Shown: in pieces, positions 36,601 to 48,704 of the stretch | Numbering within the stretch: the first letter of the stretch is position 1 | How the letters are laid out: every line of letters begins with the position of its first letter | Source: Podospora anserina | Lineage: Eukaryota | Direction of reading: 5' to 3' | Assembly: GCA_017654855.1 (NCBI GenBank) | Contig: CM030336.1 | Location: forward strand, 4,092,001 to 4,156,000 | Length of the DNA: 64,000 bases | The notes under the pieces: generated by a model | The model's database searches: none | What the model saw: only the letters and a program-made list of their open reading frames with translations | What the model was told of the DNA's origin: nothing | Translations under genes and position numbers: made by a program

Positions 36601-37477
36601 TGAAGAGGGAGGATTTGGGGACAGCTACGGCAACTACCCTGATGAACAGTCCCTTCCTCCCAGCGCCAAAAAGCCTCGCGGCAGTGCCAAAAAGCCGAAA
36701 GAGCCGACGACGAGACGCCGCTCGACCTCCGTCGCCTCCGCCAAAAAGAAGAAAGAGTTGAGTGAAGCTTTTATTGTTGACGAGACTGACTCTGAGGGTG
36801 AGACGGTGGTGGAGGACACTGTGATGGAGGATACGGTGATGGAGGATGGTGCCTCGATCGCTTCCGATGCCCCACCGATCGACTCTGATGAGGAGCATGA
36901 AGAAGAAGCGCCCGAGGAGGCCGCAGACGAAGAAGCAGAAGCACCACCTCAGTCCTCCGTCGTGAAGCGCCTCGCCCCTGAAGAGGACGACACCTTGGAT
37001 CAAGAAGACGAAACACGCCCCCCATTTGTGCCGTCCCCCTCGGTCGAAGCAGATGCAGCCCGCACTCGTCGCCGCGAGCGTTCTCTCTCCAACAAGCCCC
37101 CCACCCCTGCCGCCATCGAGGAAGAATCTGGTGAAGAGGTCCAGGACGAGGACATGGTCACCAGCACTCGTCTCAAGTCGGCCAAGAAGCGCCCCGCCAC
37201 CGAGGAGATGTCGCCCCGCAAGAAGAAGAGAAAGACCAACTCGGACAGTACTGTCCGGCCTGCGGTCCTGAGCAGTTCTTCGCCTGCTGTTACGTACGGG
37301 AGGAAGTCGAATAGCAGGAAGGAGAACAAGAAGGCGGCGGCGGAGGCGGTGAAGGCGAGGCAGGCGAGGGCGTTGAGCACGATCAGCAGTGATATGGATG
37401 ACATGGATGATATCCCTGCGAGGCTGCCGGGGCAGACGCCGCCGGGGAGGGTGACCAGGAGAGTTGCGAGAAAGTAG
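33650..37477 (+). CDS. Myb-repeat DNA-binding protein, Reb1/Nsi1/TTF1 family (Pol I termination / general regulator)
   Basis: 1275-aa ORF; RRKFHNFVARGQWTAEQDEEL..HGNKWTVIGGLINRHPQDVRDRWRDY and VNWQAISEAMGRTRNRLQCMEKW Myb repeats; long acidic low-complexity flanks. Confidence 0.9.
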   Translation: MTMGQEQSAPRENDDDNTDIQSGRSSPLPRWDHPENQEQVERQHAATTEPLPETEPPPEASKKEKKKKKKKKKDRERSVGEVMDSPGRSLSQLTPLKRKKTRPPSLGNVENVGQSSDGGGSARRKLKKSKRMSLGTILNDNADAVENNDSQDSFVPQPTLPELESEPRLENNEEEDEGMEDAMASQRRKSSSKKKGRNKKAEPEPEPEPEPEVEPEPEPGPEQEQESVPEVGPAPEAAAVEDDMELDEAEEDLANLKTERPDHDSDDDVDMEDGSPARSQHVSETPAPQEEEEESPTSPIVHVKSEPGVYDEDEDMSRLGQGDATDEEESPVPTKTERLQRVMDEAQSAYDSGYVETDGSNERSQRFATQVSPALDHEEATPSEDEVMQNVKSAPEEDEEEMNGIPASEASPAQALKAAPESEGEEEGAPESEAEEEQVLKAEEEESEVDDEEPVNDPLEDSADEEEVSEERFSEIPESDIEQPEMQHEEPRVEPPSEAGNVPTSQSEQAHVNGTTVQSSPDLGGDDVAYAASPSPPPPSSARARSSTKRKVKRAFNPDAPVSEPDAQPETSSARSQKKRKSRDQPEEPEEEEKPEEPEEEPEEEEAPAPTPAPKKKRSKKIREVLQEQEGGEIDEEAPAASTPAPKQKKTPRSKKSKKAASEEQEEKLDKHGYATGRLTAVEEDKVTKAVNKFRKDEGLTQAEINRIIQENPAVAVHNAKGAPTLHAALWTAVCEACPSRSRLKLQKFCRRKFHNFVARGQWTAEQDEELQEMMKIHGNKWTVIGGLINRHPQDVRDRWRDYIVCRDKVVKHDWGNEEEAKLTQAVKEAVDKIRKDLISRGEDEGQAESLVNWQAISEAMGRTRNRLQCMEKWKRILKAEPIADRDRVITLLPDTDNWRVKLARQDLTKITPAEKYRLACVIRDGCTETEREIDWKKITERIFKDKYQRQALVVIWGRLRSSVPHHGDKTVHECAQHIVDRYDEEGGFGDSYGNYPDEQSLPPSAKKPRGSAKKPKEPTTRRRSTSVASAKKKKELSEAFIVDETDSEGETVVEDTVMEDTVMEDGASIASDAPPIDSDEEHEEEAPEEAADEEAEAPPQSSVVKRLAPEEDDTLDQEDETRPPFVPSPSVEADAARTRRRERSLSNKPPTPAAIEEESGEEVQDEDMVTSTRLKSAKKRPATEEMSPRKKKRKTNSDSTVRPAVLSSSSPAVTYGRKSNSRKENKKAAAEAVKARQARALSTISSDMDDMDDIPARLPGQTPPGRVTRRVARK

Positions 37478-37832
37478 GAATATTGCAGGTCTCGGTGGCG
37501 GGAGCAAGGGAGGGAAGAGGAGATGATGAAGCGATTTGGGGGAGTTGAAGGATGATGATGTCAGAGGGGAGAAGGGGCAGGTAGTCAGTCGTGGGTATCC
37601 AGCGAGATTGAGTCTAGTTTGGAGCGGAAGTTGGGTGGGGGGAAGCGTGTGTGTGTGGTGAGGAGTGGAGGGTGAGGGTTTACATTTTAATTGCATGGAT
37701 TGGTTCTACCTGTATGATACTTGATGTGTTTTCGGAGAATTGCCAGCGTGCATGGTAGATAGGGGGTAAAGGAAGGGTGTGTGTTTTGCATCTATAGAAT
37801 GTTGTCGTGTGTACCATCTTGCGAACTCAGTG

Positions 37833-38330
37833 TTATGGGATGGCCCAGCTTAGCTTGGGCCGGAGCATGTAAGTCAGATCATCGTCCTTGTTGTCGCTGG
37901 CCTCAGCCCTGGTGTTATGCATTTTCCTGGCGTAGGCGTTGTTGTCTTTGAGGAGCATTTCGCATTCTTTCTGCACCCTTAATCAGTCAATCATCAGTCT
38001 GCAAGCAGGTGATGTCGAGAGGGGTGCTCACCTAGCTTCTGTACCGGTCTGTGAACTCGACGGTTGAGATCTGGATTGCTTCTGGCTTGTTCTCGTATTG
38101 GGGGTACCAGGTCTTTGAAGCCGGGCCAGGGGGTTAGTAAGGTTCGGCAGAGAGTAGGTAGGTAAGTTAGATGGCTATACCTTTAAAACGAACTCATCCT
38201 TGCTCCCGCAAAGAATGAGGAGCTGTTGCTCGAGGTATTGCTTGTAGTAGCACCTGTTTTTGAGGGGGATGTCGACTCTTTTTTGCTCGAGTTGGTTAAT
38301 CGTGACGGTTCCCTGTCAAAGACTGGACAT
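37833..38330 (-). pseudogene. Three-exon small-protein gene with two in-frame stops; paralogue of 59818-60397
   Basis: Exons 38330-38181, 38112-38032, 37970-37833, all phase 0; TGA at codon 5 and TAG as last codon of exon 2; IPLKNRCYYKQYLEQQLLILCGSKDEF aligns with IPYSKRHHCLYYFERQLVEFCGSRADF. Confidence 0.75.
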
Positions 38331-40187
38331 GGTCCGAGCTAACCTGTTGGTTCTTTAGGAAGTGATCTCATGCTCATCAAACTGGCCAAGACCGCCTTCG
38401 AGGCAGCCTCCTGGCCAACTGCAGTGGCTACCGGGCGGTATATGTTTCCCCTCGGGGACAATGTGCGCAACGTGCAACCCGTTTCTCCTCGTTCCGGTCG
38501 GTACTTCAAAGAGCGCACTTTAACTGCGCTCTCCCATCTACATCCATCTTCGCTACGTGACCAAGAGGGCAAATCGTTTCCAACGCTCATACCATCTGCC
38601 ACAGGAGCCACCCCTACTCTATGACACTCCACAACGGACACCCATCTGTGGAACTCAGCTGATAAAGAAACTGCACGGCATTTTGGGCAGGATCCGTATC
38701 TTGAAGCGACAACCCACCAGAAAGGACCTTATCTCAATGGAGTCCCCGCGGTCGACAACCAAGGCAGACGAATCAAAGGCAAATAAGGAGTTGGAACTGT
38801 GATCATATGTCGAAGCTCCCAATTTGGATTCTTCACGGGCTGCGAGGGCATATTATCGTCTGAAGGTGGGCGCCTTGGTCCTCGGAAGGTAGGTGCTGAT
38901 GCTGGAAGCCTTTCTCACTTTGGGGTTTGTCCCTCAACCCATCTGTTCCTATCAGTAACTGCAGGCCGTTAAAGATGAGTTTTTCCTTACCAGGGAGAGT
39001 GATAAGTCATTGCTGTAGAGGTTGGTAACCTGCTCGCAGCAATGATATGCCATTGATGACAAATTTCTTGTGCTTGATGTATCTCGTGTGACTTGCGAAT
39101 GCCGGATCCAGAAATTACATGTGTTTACTTCAGGAATCAAGTGTGAACCAGACAGTTCCGGCAATACACCCCCCTTTAATGCCGCTGCCCGGTGTTATTT
39201 GATTCGTTAACCACTATGCTGTTGCACTTGGAATATTAGAGATGGGGGGCAGTAACTAAACATCATCGCCAACATCTTGATGTGCATGTACCTGGGGAGG
39301 CCAAAGTTCAAAGTCTGATCATCTCTGATGTCAACATAAACTCCTTGCACTGCTCGGCTCGCAGCTGCTCTGGGCCACTCAGGGTTAGGCGTGCTGGTGC
39401 TCTGCCAGCAGCACTCTGAGCAGTGCCCTCCCCCCCCCCAACCTTCTGTTCTAGTACCTATAGTTATCATAGGTTTGCACCTGCTGGAAGCTGCAACAGT
39501 GAGAACCATCCCATCGGACCTCCTTCCATCTCTCTTGTTTGTTATATTCTACTCCGTAATCACAGCAATCCTCCCCATAGTCAGCTGCACTAATGGCAAG
39601 CTGCGAGCTTGGCTAGGCATCAAATGAAGTCTGACCATCGTGCTCAGCGTTCCTGCGTCCAGTGATAACATCCTCTCTCTCACCATGCAGCCCTCCCTTC
39701 TTCATGAAGCCGCCATCTTACTCCCCATTGTCAAAATTGACCCGGTTAATGCCCCATATAGTGACTGTGTGGCGAGAGATGTATATTGCAGTGGGAGTTC
39801 GAGCTGATAGTGAACGCTGTGGATCATACGGCCTGTCTACGGTCAACCCACTTGTTGTTCAACATATAGTTTGGTATCCCCATGAAGAAAAAGGCCAGGC
39901 AACCTGGCCATACACAAAGCCCGTCAGCAATCATAGTCTGTCAAACAAGCAACGCAAGTAGCAATTCGGATAGGTGCCCACACAAACGACTATATCCGTT
40001 ACAATATCACTAGAAGACCGCAAAACCGCAACAGCAGACCACCACCGCCATCTTACTCCTTCCATATAAAACCCTCTGAAGCCACCCATACCAAAACCGA
40101 CCAGACCTATCTTGTCACCGACCACCAAAAAGAAAACAGAAAACACCTTTCCCACCCCCAGATTCCGAACCAGCCGATACCACCACA

Positions 40188-40396
40188 TCAACGCTCCTCA
40201 AAATAAAACCTCCCCAACTTCTCGCCCTCCTTCGGACTCCCCAGACCATCCCCTCTTCCCCCTCTCTGACCACCCCCACCACGCCCACCCTCAAACTGCT
40301 CCCTAATAATCCTCTCCGCCGCCTCCCTACTATTAGCACCAGTCCCCGTTGACTCAGACCCAACAGACAACGTACTCGGTGACGTTACATGGCCCC

Positions 40397-40428
<32 letters not shown>

Positions 40429-41678
40429 GCCAAAGCCAGCGCCTGCTGCTGAGCAACATGCTGATGCGACCCCGGCTGCTGCGTCTCCCTGATAGCACTC
40501 GTCGGATGCGTCAAAGGCTGCCCCTCCTGCATCGGAACCGGCCCCCCAGTAGTAGTATCGACAAAGACATCATCCCCCACACTGCCCGGCATCGTAACCC
40601 CCTGCGCGGCAGCCACCGTCCCCTCCAGCGCAACCCCATCCACCATCCTCGCTCGCTGAATCTCCCTCGCGGCGGTCTGGCTGACGGGGGTGTCCCTGTT
40701 GCTGCCGTTATTGTGACCGCTATTGTTATTCTCCGCCAGCCTTGCATCAGCAACCGGCCTCCCAACCCCAAGCCCACCACCAATATTCCGCCCCGTCATC
40801 CCCAATCCCCCCCCAGGTGCACCCTCACTAAATCCAGAATTACTCCTCTCCAAACCCCCTATCCCCCCTTGCCCTCCACCACTCGGCATCCCCCTCCGAT
40901 GATAAATAGGCCCACTAACCGTACTCCCCGCCCCCTCCCCAAAGCCCACCAAACTCTCTCTCCCATCATCCTCCTCATCGTAAGTCCCCGCACTCCTCCT
41001 ACTCAACCCATCATCATCCATCTCATCAATCATCATATCCTCATCCACATACCCGCTCCCCCCCGCAACACTAGCACTATCCATCTCAGTCAACATATCC
41101 TCATCCCCATCCTCCCTCCCCCTCATCGTCGTAGTCCTGCTCCTCCCGCTGACTGACCCACCCCCCAGAGAAGGGGACACTTCTGTTGCCGAGGCAGACC
41201 CAACAGTGCTCATCTTGTTTTGCATTTGGGGTTGACCTTGAGCATCAAAGTAGGCTATACCTGTTGGGGGTTGGAATTGTTGGGTTTGGGTATAGGGTTG
41301 GATAGGTTGTTGTTGGCCGGATCGGAATTGTTGTTGTCGAGAAAAAGCGGCGGGGGCCAGACCGGTGAGGCGGGAGATGCGGTCGGCGCGTTCGGCTTCG
41401 AGGGAGGAGTTGGATGGGTCATATTGGGGGGGTAGGCCGCGGGGATTTAAAGGGTGAGGGTGGTGGTGGACGGTGCCCTTGTGGCCGTCTTTGATGGCTG
41501 TTGTGGAGAGGGCCGAGAGGGAGGTGGTCGTGGAGGTTGGGGTTCCGCTGAGTGAGAGTCAGGGGGTGATTAGTAGAGGTGGAAGGGGAAAGGGAGATAC
41601 ATACGGAATCTCAGGGGTGTCTGGGTTGGAGGGGCCTGGAGGGAGGTTGATGAGGGTTGGATGGGAGGTCTGCGACAT
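40188..41678 (-). CDS. Conserved-type fungal hypothetical protein, Gly/Gln-rich and disordered
   Basis: Exons 41678-41605 and 41547-40188 (GTATGT..CTGAC..CAG); blocks TLINLPP, SLSALSTTAIKDGH, LEAERADRISRL, SLVGFGEGAGSTVSGP, LGRFYFEE; poly-Q from (CAG)n. Confidence 0.85.
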
Positions 41679-43144
41679 CTTTGCTGATGGTATATGTGGG
41701 TGCTGGAGGTGAGGCTTCGTGCGAGGCTGAGGGCAACTGATAATAGGGGTTGCGACACACGGAATCTGTGCTTTCTGAGTTGTAGTCCGACGATGCCGAC
41801 GAGGTACAAAGACGAAGTGGGTGGTGTTATCCACGCGTTTGGCTGGCTCGCTGTTATTACTTGTTGATGCTAAAGAGACGACGAACAAAACGCGACGGAG
41901 ATGGATATCAGAAGCAGCTGGATGAAACGGAGAAAGGATCGCTCGGTGGACTTGCATGCGCTGCTCCCATCCCAAAGAAAGACCGAGCGACGGCTTCCCG
42001 GGGCTGCTGGACGGTCTGAAGTCGCGGAGGGTGTGGGGCCATGACGTCTGACCTGGGAGTCTAACCAATCACAGCACGAGATGCACCCTTATGGTTCGAC
42101 GCTGCGGGGTCAAGCAACTGTTAAGCTTTGAGCTCAGCGGGACCCGCTCCATGACAGCGGCAACGACGACTCTCTCTCTCTCGTGGTGAGAATAGCATCA
42201 GATACAGCGACGCTTCATTTATGATAACAACAAGAAGAAGATATTCTTGTATCATTCGTATTAAAACTTCCCAGGCATAAACCCCACCACCTCCGTCCTT
42301 TCCACAATCCCCTTTGCACCCTCCCAAAAAGCAGCATACGCCGGGTCTGTCTTGAGATAATATTCCCTGTCCTCGTCACTGTCGAACTCGCTCACAAAGG
42401 CATGGGTTACTCTGTCCTGTTTACCCCTTCAGTATACTGTTATCATCTCCCTAGAAACCACAGATGACAAGGAAAAGAACGCACTTGGGCGTCACTCATG
42501 TGCGTATTCACCCCTCCAGTTATATTCTTCATATACGGCCGGTTGGTCTCTGGATGGAGGCAGGTGTCTTTAAGCGCTAGGAGCTTGTCACAGACCTGAC
42601 ACAAAAATGGTAAGAGTTAGCCTTCTTGACTGGGTGATGAAAAGAGGTGGGTGGCTGTTTGGCCATGACTGACTTCTTGAACCTCCTCCGGTGTGGCCAG
42701 CGGTTTGAAGCTGAACATCACCACGTGCATTACGCCCATGTTGACTGTTTCTTGCGAGAAGTTGAAGATGAAAGATGATTCTTGTGTGTCTTGTTTTGCT
42801 TGATGATGATGATATGCCTGAACTTCCAGTGGAGGTGGTCAATCTGATGCTTTTGAGGGTCTGATCTTTGTGCTCCCACTCATCCAACCCCGCATCCATT
42901 ACATCACTGTTCACCAACCAAAACCGTGATCGATCAGCAGCATCTCGACCAAAAGTCACCTGTTCCAGGCCTCACTCACCAGGCTCACAAATCAGGGGAT
43001 GATCACCTGCTCTGAATGCAACAATGCAAAGAACCATAAAAATGGAATTGTGTGGGTATCTGGTACGAAACCCATCTCATGCAAATATGCGTAAATCAAG
43101 GCCAAAAAAATTAACATACAGAAAAAACCATCACCCCATCACCC

Positions 43145-45427
43145 CTAAGCCTTGCAGCACCCCTTCATCTCCCCCCCCGTAACAGCCAACCCATCCACCT
43201 TCTTCGCCAGCTCATCAGCCGTATTCAACGCAGTACTGCAGTTGAAACTCTGCTTCGAACTCGGCACATCCAACGCCGGGTTCTTGTCAAAAAAGTTCAC
43301 CGGCCTCAGCATAACCTTCAACATCTCCATCGGCATAACCGGGAAATCTTCAACCCTGGGGATGTGATTGATCCCAAAATTCACCCACAACACCGGGTCC
43401 TGCTCCTTTGTCAAATCTTCCTTCCTCTCGGCCCAGCTCCTGACTCCCTTGCCGCCATGGCTCTGGTTGGTGTACTTCCCGCCCGCAAACAGCTCCCCGT
43501 CAACATACTTGGTGACATAAAAACTCCGATCGGCAAACTCGGCGCGCTTGTAGTGGTAGCTGTCCTTGTCTGCGAGGATGGGTTGGAAGGGGGGCACGTG
43601 AACCTTGTAGCCTACCGGGAGCTTGTTGACCGTGTTCTTGACTGATGGGTTGAGGATCTTGAACGTCCGGTTCTTGCTCGGGTCGAGGTCGTAACCACCG
43701 GTGGTGTCGATGACCGTCTTCTTGACCATGTAACCGTGGCCGTTGGGGTTGAGCTTAGGGTCGCGGGGCATAGCCTCGGCTTCTTCGTACGCGATCTGGT
43801 TGCCGTGGCCGCCGATCATGGGGTCGACGCGGAGGGAGAAGAAGTGCTGGTGGTAACCGCCGAGGACGCCGGGGTGGACGACGGTGCCAAAGGGGTGCGG
43901 TACCTCGGTGAGGTCGAGGTCGAGAGGCTGGGTGGACAAGATACCCGTTGCCCTGACTTCGTACGTGATGTCACCGGCTTGGTTGAAGATGAAGGCGAGG
44001 ATGTACTCGTAGTTGCTGACCGTCAGGATAGACTGGAGGACGAGCTCGCGGTTGCGGACGACGACGGCGCGGTTGGTGCGGTAGTTGGTGTGCTTCCAGA
44101 GGAGACCAGAGTCTTGCTCGTGGATGCAGACGACGTTGGGGGCGTCGACGGGCTTGCCTTCGGCGTTGCCGAGAACAGAGGAGATGTAGTAGATACTGCC
44201 GAGGCAGTCGCAGCCGAGCTGGAGGTTGTTGGCTGTCAAACCAGCACCGACGTCACCCAAGTCAAAGGCACACTTGCGGTGGAAAGGGTTGCGCGGGTCA
44301 CCGTAAGGGATGGCCATGTCGGAGAGAGACAGGCGGTAGAACAAGGGGCGGTTGTCGTAGTGAACATCGTAGAGGACCATGCCCTCTCTCTGGTTGAAGC
44401 CGACCTTGAAGTCCCACTTCTGCCACTTCAGTGTCCGGCCGAGCTCAGAAAAGGGCTCAACTGTGAAAGAGGCTCCCTCAGGCTGGACAACCTGGAGAGG
44501 CTTGAGGTCGGTGCGCATGGTGTGGGCTTCAGGGATGTACTCGTTTGCTGGGCGGTCCTGCCATGTGAAAGGCTTGATGGTCTCGTCATGGCCGGTAGGC
44601 ATGATGTCGATACGAACCAGCTCGAGGGTGGCCGGGTCAATGACGGGAGAGACGGGAAGGGGGAAGGAGTAGTGGCAGCTGTCCTCTTCGGATGAGTTCT
44701 TGGGGTCGCGAAGGTAGAGGTTGCATTGCATGACACGCTTGTCGTCGAAGAACTTGGCCTCCTTGATGCCGTCGGCACCTGTATAGTGTTAGTTCATGTT
44801 CGGGTTCCCAAGATCAGCAAAAAGACATACCATAAATCCAAGGATCCATTACAACCACCGCCCCCTCGGGAAGACCCAGCTTCTCAATCTCGGCCTTCAC
44901 CTCGGGAATCTCCAGCACGGCCTTCTCAACCTCCTCAAGCTCAGCCATATCACTGTTGGGGTGCTCAAAAGGCCCAAGCTTGGCGTTGAACTCGACCTTT
45001 TGAGTGGTCAAGTTGACAACCGCCTCATGGACATTGTGCTGTAATGGAGTTTAGCATTTTGAGCAGTGACGGTAGAGTGGAAGGGCAGACTTACAGTTCC
45101 CCTAAGTGTATAAACAATAAAAGACTTCCTCTCAAGCGGCGCAGGCTTCTCACCCGCCCTCTCAGCAACAAGCCAAGGGGCAAGAATCTTCTTCTCGGGC
45201 TCATGAAGAGTGTTGACCTTGAACTGGAGCTTCGTCCCTTCAGGCCACACAGACCTAACCAAGTCCGCACCCTTGCTGATCTCCTCACCAGTCAAAGGAC
45301 CAAGAGGATGTGTTACCGGCGCAGCCTTGGTCGCCTCGCTGGAAACAATAGCAGCCTTGACCGCAGCAGTGTTGTCAGTCTCGATGACCGGGGCCTGGGC
45401 GGCCTTTGCGTCTTGATTGGCAACCAT
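43145..45427 (-). CDS. Copper-containing (TPQ) amine oxidase
   Basis: Introns 45094-45039 and 44830-44779; HPLGPLT start motif, AFDLGD catalytic Asp, SNYEY topaquinone motif, HQH and HIPRVEDFPVMP copper ligands. Confidence 0.97.
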
Positions 45428-46279
45428 TGTGAGGATGTGGCGAGTGTGTCTGTGTTGTGTGATGAAAGGAGAAACAAGTGAATCAACCAAAGAGGATATC
45501 CCCTTTATATATATCAAAACCATTTACTGAGGCGGAGTGCAGGGAGAGATGAATGAACAGTTACTCCACCCTATCCTCATTGATAATGATAAGACAGACA
45601 GGTCGAGATACGGAATAGCTAGCCCAATCTGTTCCTAAAAACCGCAGGTAAATGGTGGGTTCGCATCCCGGTTCTTGGGCGCCCAGCACTTGTCCAATCT
45701 TTTGTGCCGTTGACTGCCGTTGCTGTCTTTGGTGTGCCGGTGTGGCGGACGCATACGTTGTCCCCACGTGAACCTACTTCGTCGACCATCTGTTCTGTTA
45801 GAGTCTGCCATAGATTGTTCCTCGCTTCCGTTACCGTCAGGACCCCGCCCTGATATGCATGGGCTTCCGTGACACTTGCTCGACATCTCACACTAGTATC
45901 AACAGGATATCCTGGTGTAAGCAAGAAACAAAGAGTGACACTTTCGATCGGATGCAGGGTGGATGGAGGTGTTCGATAAGGCGGGAAAGCCCCGCTCGCT
46001 TACCCCGCTGATCTCCGCATCCGCGTTCCGGACACATCGGAAATGTCATGCTCCAGGCCGAGATTCTGAAAAAGTGATCTGAACTCCAAGAAAAGGTGTA
46101 GTAGAAAGGCACAAGACTTTTAGATTCCGGTGTATGAACTGTAGATAGAAGTCTGTATGCGTGTCCAAGATCGATGTCCAAAAGGCTGAGCCAGCCCCGA
46201 GATGCACGCTGTGCTGTGGTGGTGAGATCGGTTACCAAGCCAAACCAAACGAGAGCGGAGGGGTTCACAAAAAGTCCAA

Positions 46280-47050
46280 TCACAAGAAGGAAGACGTAAC
46301 CCTCCAAGACCCTGTAACAAGCCAAAGACGGGAATACCATCTGTGCAGCTCCTCCATCCATCCCGGCATTGGCCCCTGAATACCTTCAACCCTGCTGTTG
46401 CCGTTAAAAAAGCAGCTCTTAAGTCCAAGAACCACCTCGCCACGAGCCTTGTCAACACTGGCACTGATGACAAAAAGGCCATCCGAGTCTCTTGGGCCCG
46501 CATTCCTCGGCGTATCACCGCAGCGGACAACAATCTCAGTTGGTGTCTTCTCAACAACCTCAAAGTGGTCAGTCAGCTGTGTACCTGGCTCATAGGTCGA
46601 CTTGGATAGCTGGTCAGCAGTCCATAGCTGGGCAGCGGTGGCGGGTCTCTGGTATTTCCGGGCAAGATAGGCCCGTTGAAAGCGATATCCTGCAGGAGAT
46701 GTAAAGTTAGTTCCAAAAATGGATATGGCGTGGTTTGTGACTGATAGGGTGGGCGGTGGATGAGGGTGAGCCTCACCTAATCCTCCCCAGACACCACGGC
46801 AAAACTCCAGAGCCAGATCGCCCTCGCGCTGGAGGAGCTCGGGCTTGATTTTATCAAGTGGAATGCGCTTGTAGACGAGGTCTTGCGTTGAGGCATTATT
46901 GTGTCGGTTGTATTTGCGGAAGCTCTTTGAGCGCCATAAGGGGTCGTCTTCGGGCAGCGGGCTCTCAAGGCGGGTGGTTGTGCCAAGATAGCCAACAGTT
47001 CCGGCCGTGGCCAGGAAGGCAGTCGTGAATGTTTTGCGGATGATGCCCAT
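46280..47050 (-). CDS. Uncharacterised fungal protein with mitochondrial-type N-terminus
   Basis: Exons 47050-46777 and 46689-46280; the 87-nt intron (GTGAGG..CTAAC..CAG) is in frame; LTDHFEVVEKTPTEIVVRCGD, LHRWYSRLW. Confidence 0.85.
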   Translation of the reverse strand: MGIIRKTFTTAFLATAGTVGYLGTTTRLESPLPEDDPLWRSKSFRKYNRHNNASTQDLVYKRIPLDKIKPELLQREGDLALEFCRGVWGGLGEAHPHPPPTLSVTNHAISIFGTNFTSPAGYRFQRAYLARKYQRPATAAQLWTADQLSKSTYEPGTQLTDHFEVVEKTPTEIVVRCGDTPRNAGPRDSDGLFVISASVDKARGEVVLGLKSCFFNGNSRVEGIQGPMPGWMEELHRWYSRLWLVTGSWRVTSSFL

Positions 47051-47699
47051 GTTTGTTGGTTTGTTTGTTGTCGCTGCAAGAAGGGTTCACCTGGTCTCGG
47101 TTGTATTGAAAGGATGGTGGCCGATGGGTTGGCCACTGTTGGGTGACCCGATCGGTTGGACGGGCGGCTGGACGGCTGCGGCACGGTCGGAGGTTGGCTG
47201 GGTGGGTCGAAAGATGAGGGGCATCTCCCGATTAATTGGTGCATTTTGATTGGCTGCAGTGGATCAGCCCTATTCCCCTTCTAAGATGGGCAAGTCCACT
47301 TACACGGGACTTATCGGCAGGGCACATGGCCTGAAGGCCGCTACCACGGCGCTGGTAAGACTCAACTGCTATCGGATTTGTGTTTGCAACATCAAATTCA
47401 TATTACTGAAATTTTGGATCACTTATCGGGAGTCGATAAAGATCCCCATCTGTGTTATTTTCCTGAATCTGGAGCTGAGTGCTTGAGTGAGTCGATTCAT
47501 GTGGAGCACGTTGTCTTTTATCATTCTCACCCATCAACTTCGATCATGACATGTCAAATTACCAACTACACTCCTGAGGCGCCATCGTGGCGTTTATCTA
47601 TTTTTGGTTTTCCTAAGCAACCTGGCTTAGCTGGTTAGTTCCCCTACTTCAGTGCCACCTCCCCCAATACTATTCCAGAGTCCATCCACGCCCCTGACC

Positions 47700-48330
47700 A
47701 CTATGGTGAGGAAATAGGTTCACTACCTTCGTCGTCTTTGCCGGTATCGGCATCATCATTATAGGCGCCTCGGGTTGTGATGGTTGAGTCACAACACTCT
47801 GCCCAACACTTCTCCTCGCTCCCTTCCGTCCAAACAAACTCGTATACAACATCAGATACGGTTCTGTACTACACTACCACCCAGCTGACCAGACACACGG
47901 CCACACCCATGGCCATACATGTAACATACTGGCAACAAAAGAAGAGCGAAATCATTCAAGAGGGAGTAGAGCGGGAAAAGAAAGAACTCTCCACGCCAGA
48001 AATTTAGAAACATGAGATCCTTACTGTTGTCTAACAAGCTTAGACAGGAGATCCTTTTGGATTTAACCGATGAATTGCGAGTTAACAACATAATGAAGAC
48101 CGAGACTGCCCAGAATATACACGGCCTGTAAATATGTGCTGGCTTGAGCTCGTTGTTTGTATCTTGGCTTGGTGTTGTGTTTGTCTGAGGATTGTGAAGC
48201 ATGGTGGATACAGGCTCGAAAACAGGTATGACTGCCCTTGTGTTGATGGGTATGATATTCCGAGTTTAGTTGCTTTAGTGATTTTCGATAACAGGAAGTT
48301 GGCTAGGTAAGGTAGATAGTTCGATAGCAA
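47700..48330 (-). pseudogene. Probable decayed PTH11-like / rhodopsin-domain membrane protein remnant
   Basis: Frame-switching fragments in the expected order: YLFSSLYPPCFTILR, CIFWAVSVFIML, PLYSLLNDFALLLLPV, MGVAVCLVS; stops and frameshifts between them. Confidence 0.4.
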
Positions 48331-48704
48331 CCTGGAATTTGAGGAGCGGCACTTTATATACCTAAAGGGAGGTACAGTAAACTGACCAACATAATGGAGC
48401 TGGAAGGAGAAGGAACTGATAATGGATCAAGAAGTGAACTCAAATTTATTGAGATATTGTGACCGAATGATTGGCCCTTATAGACTCAAATTTGCTCTGA
48501 CTGCCACAGAGGTTAAACTTTTATAATTATCTGCCAGGCTTTTGTCACCAAGGTATCTGACCAGAGGTAACTTTGTCATTGACGCAAACAGCTCTGTTCA
48601 GCCACCATTGCTTGACTCATTGGTATTAATCCAGTCATGTGGATGAGATCGCATCCGGGACCAAAGGTTTAACCCATCACCAAGACTGGTCCCTCTCCTT
48701 CTCT

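Noticed and set aside
35960-37696. 578-aa antisense ORF (likewise 3954-4964, 40389-41156, 43736-44695, 60806-61798)
   Set aside because: Shadow ORFs opposite well-supported genes, caused by codon bias; no motifs
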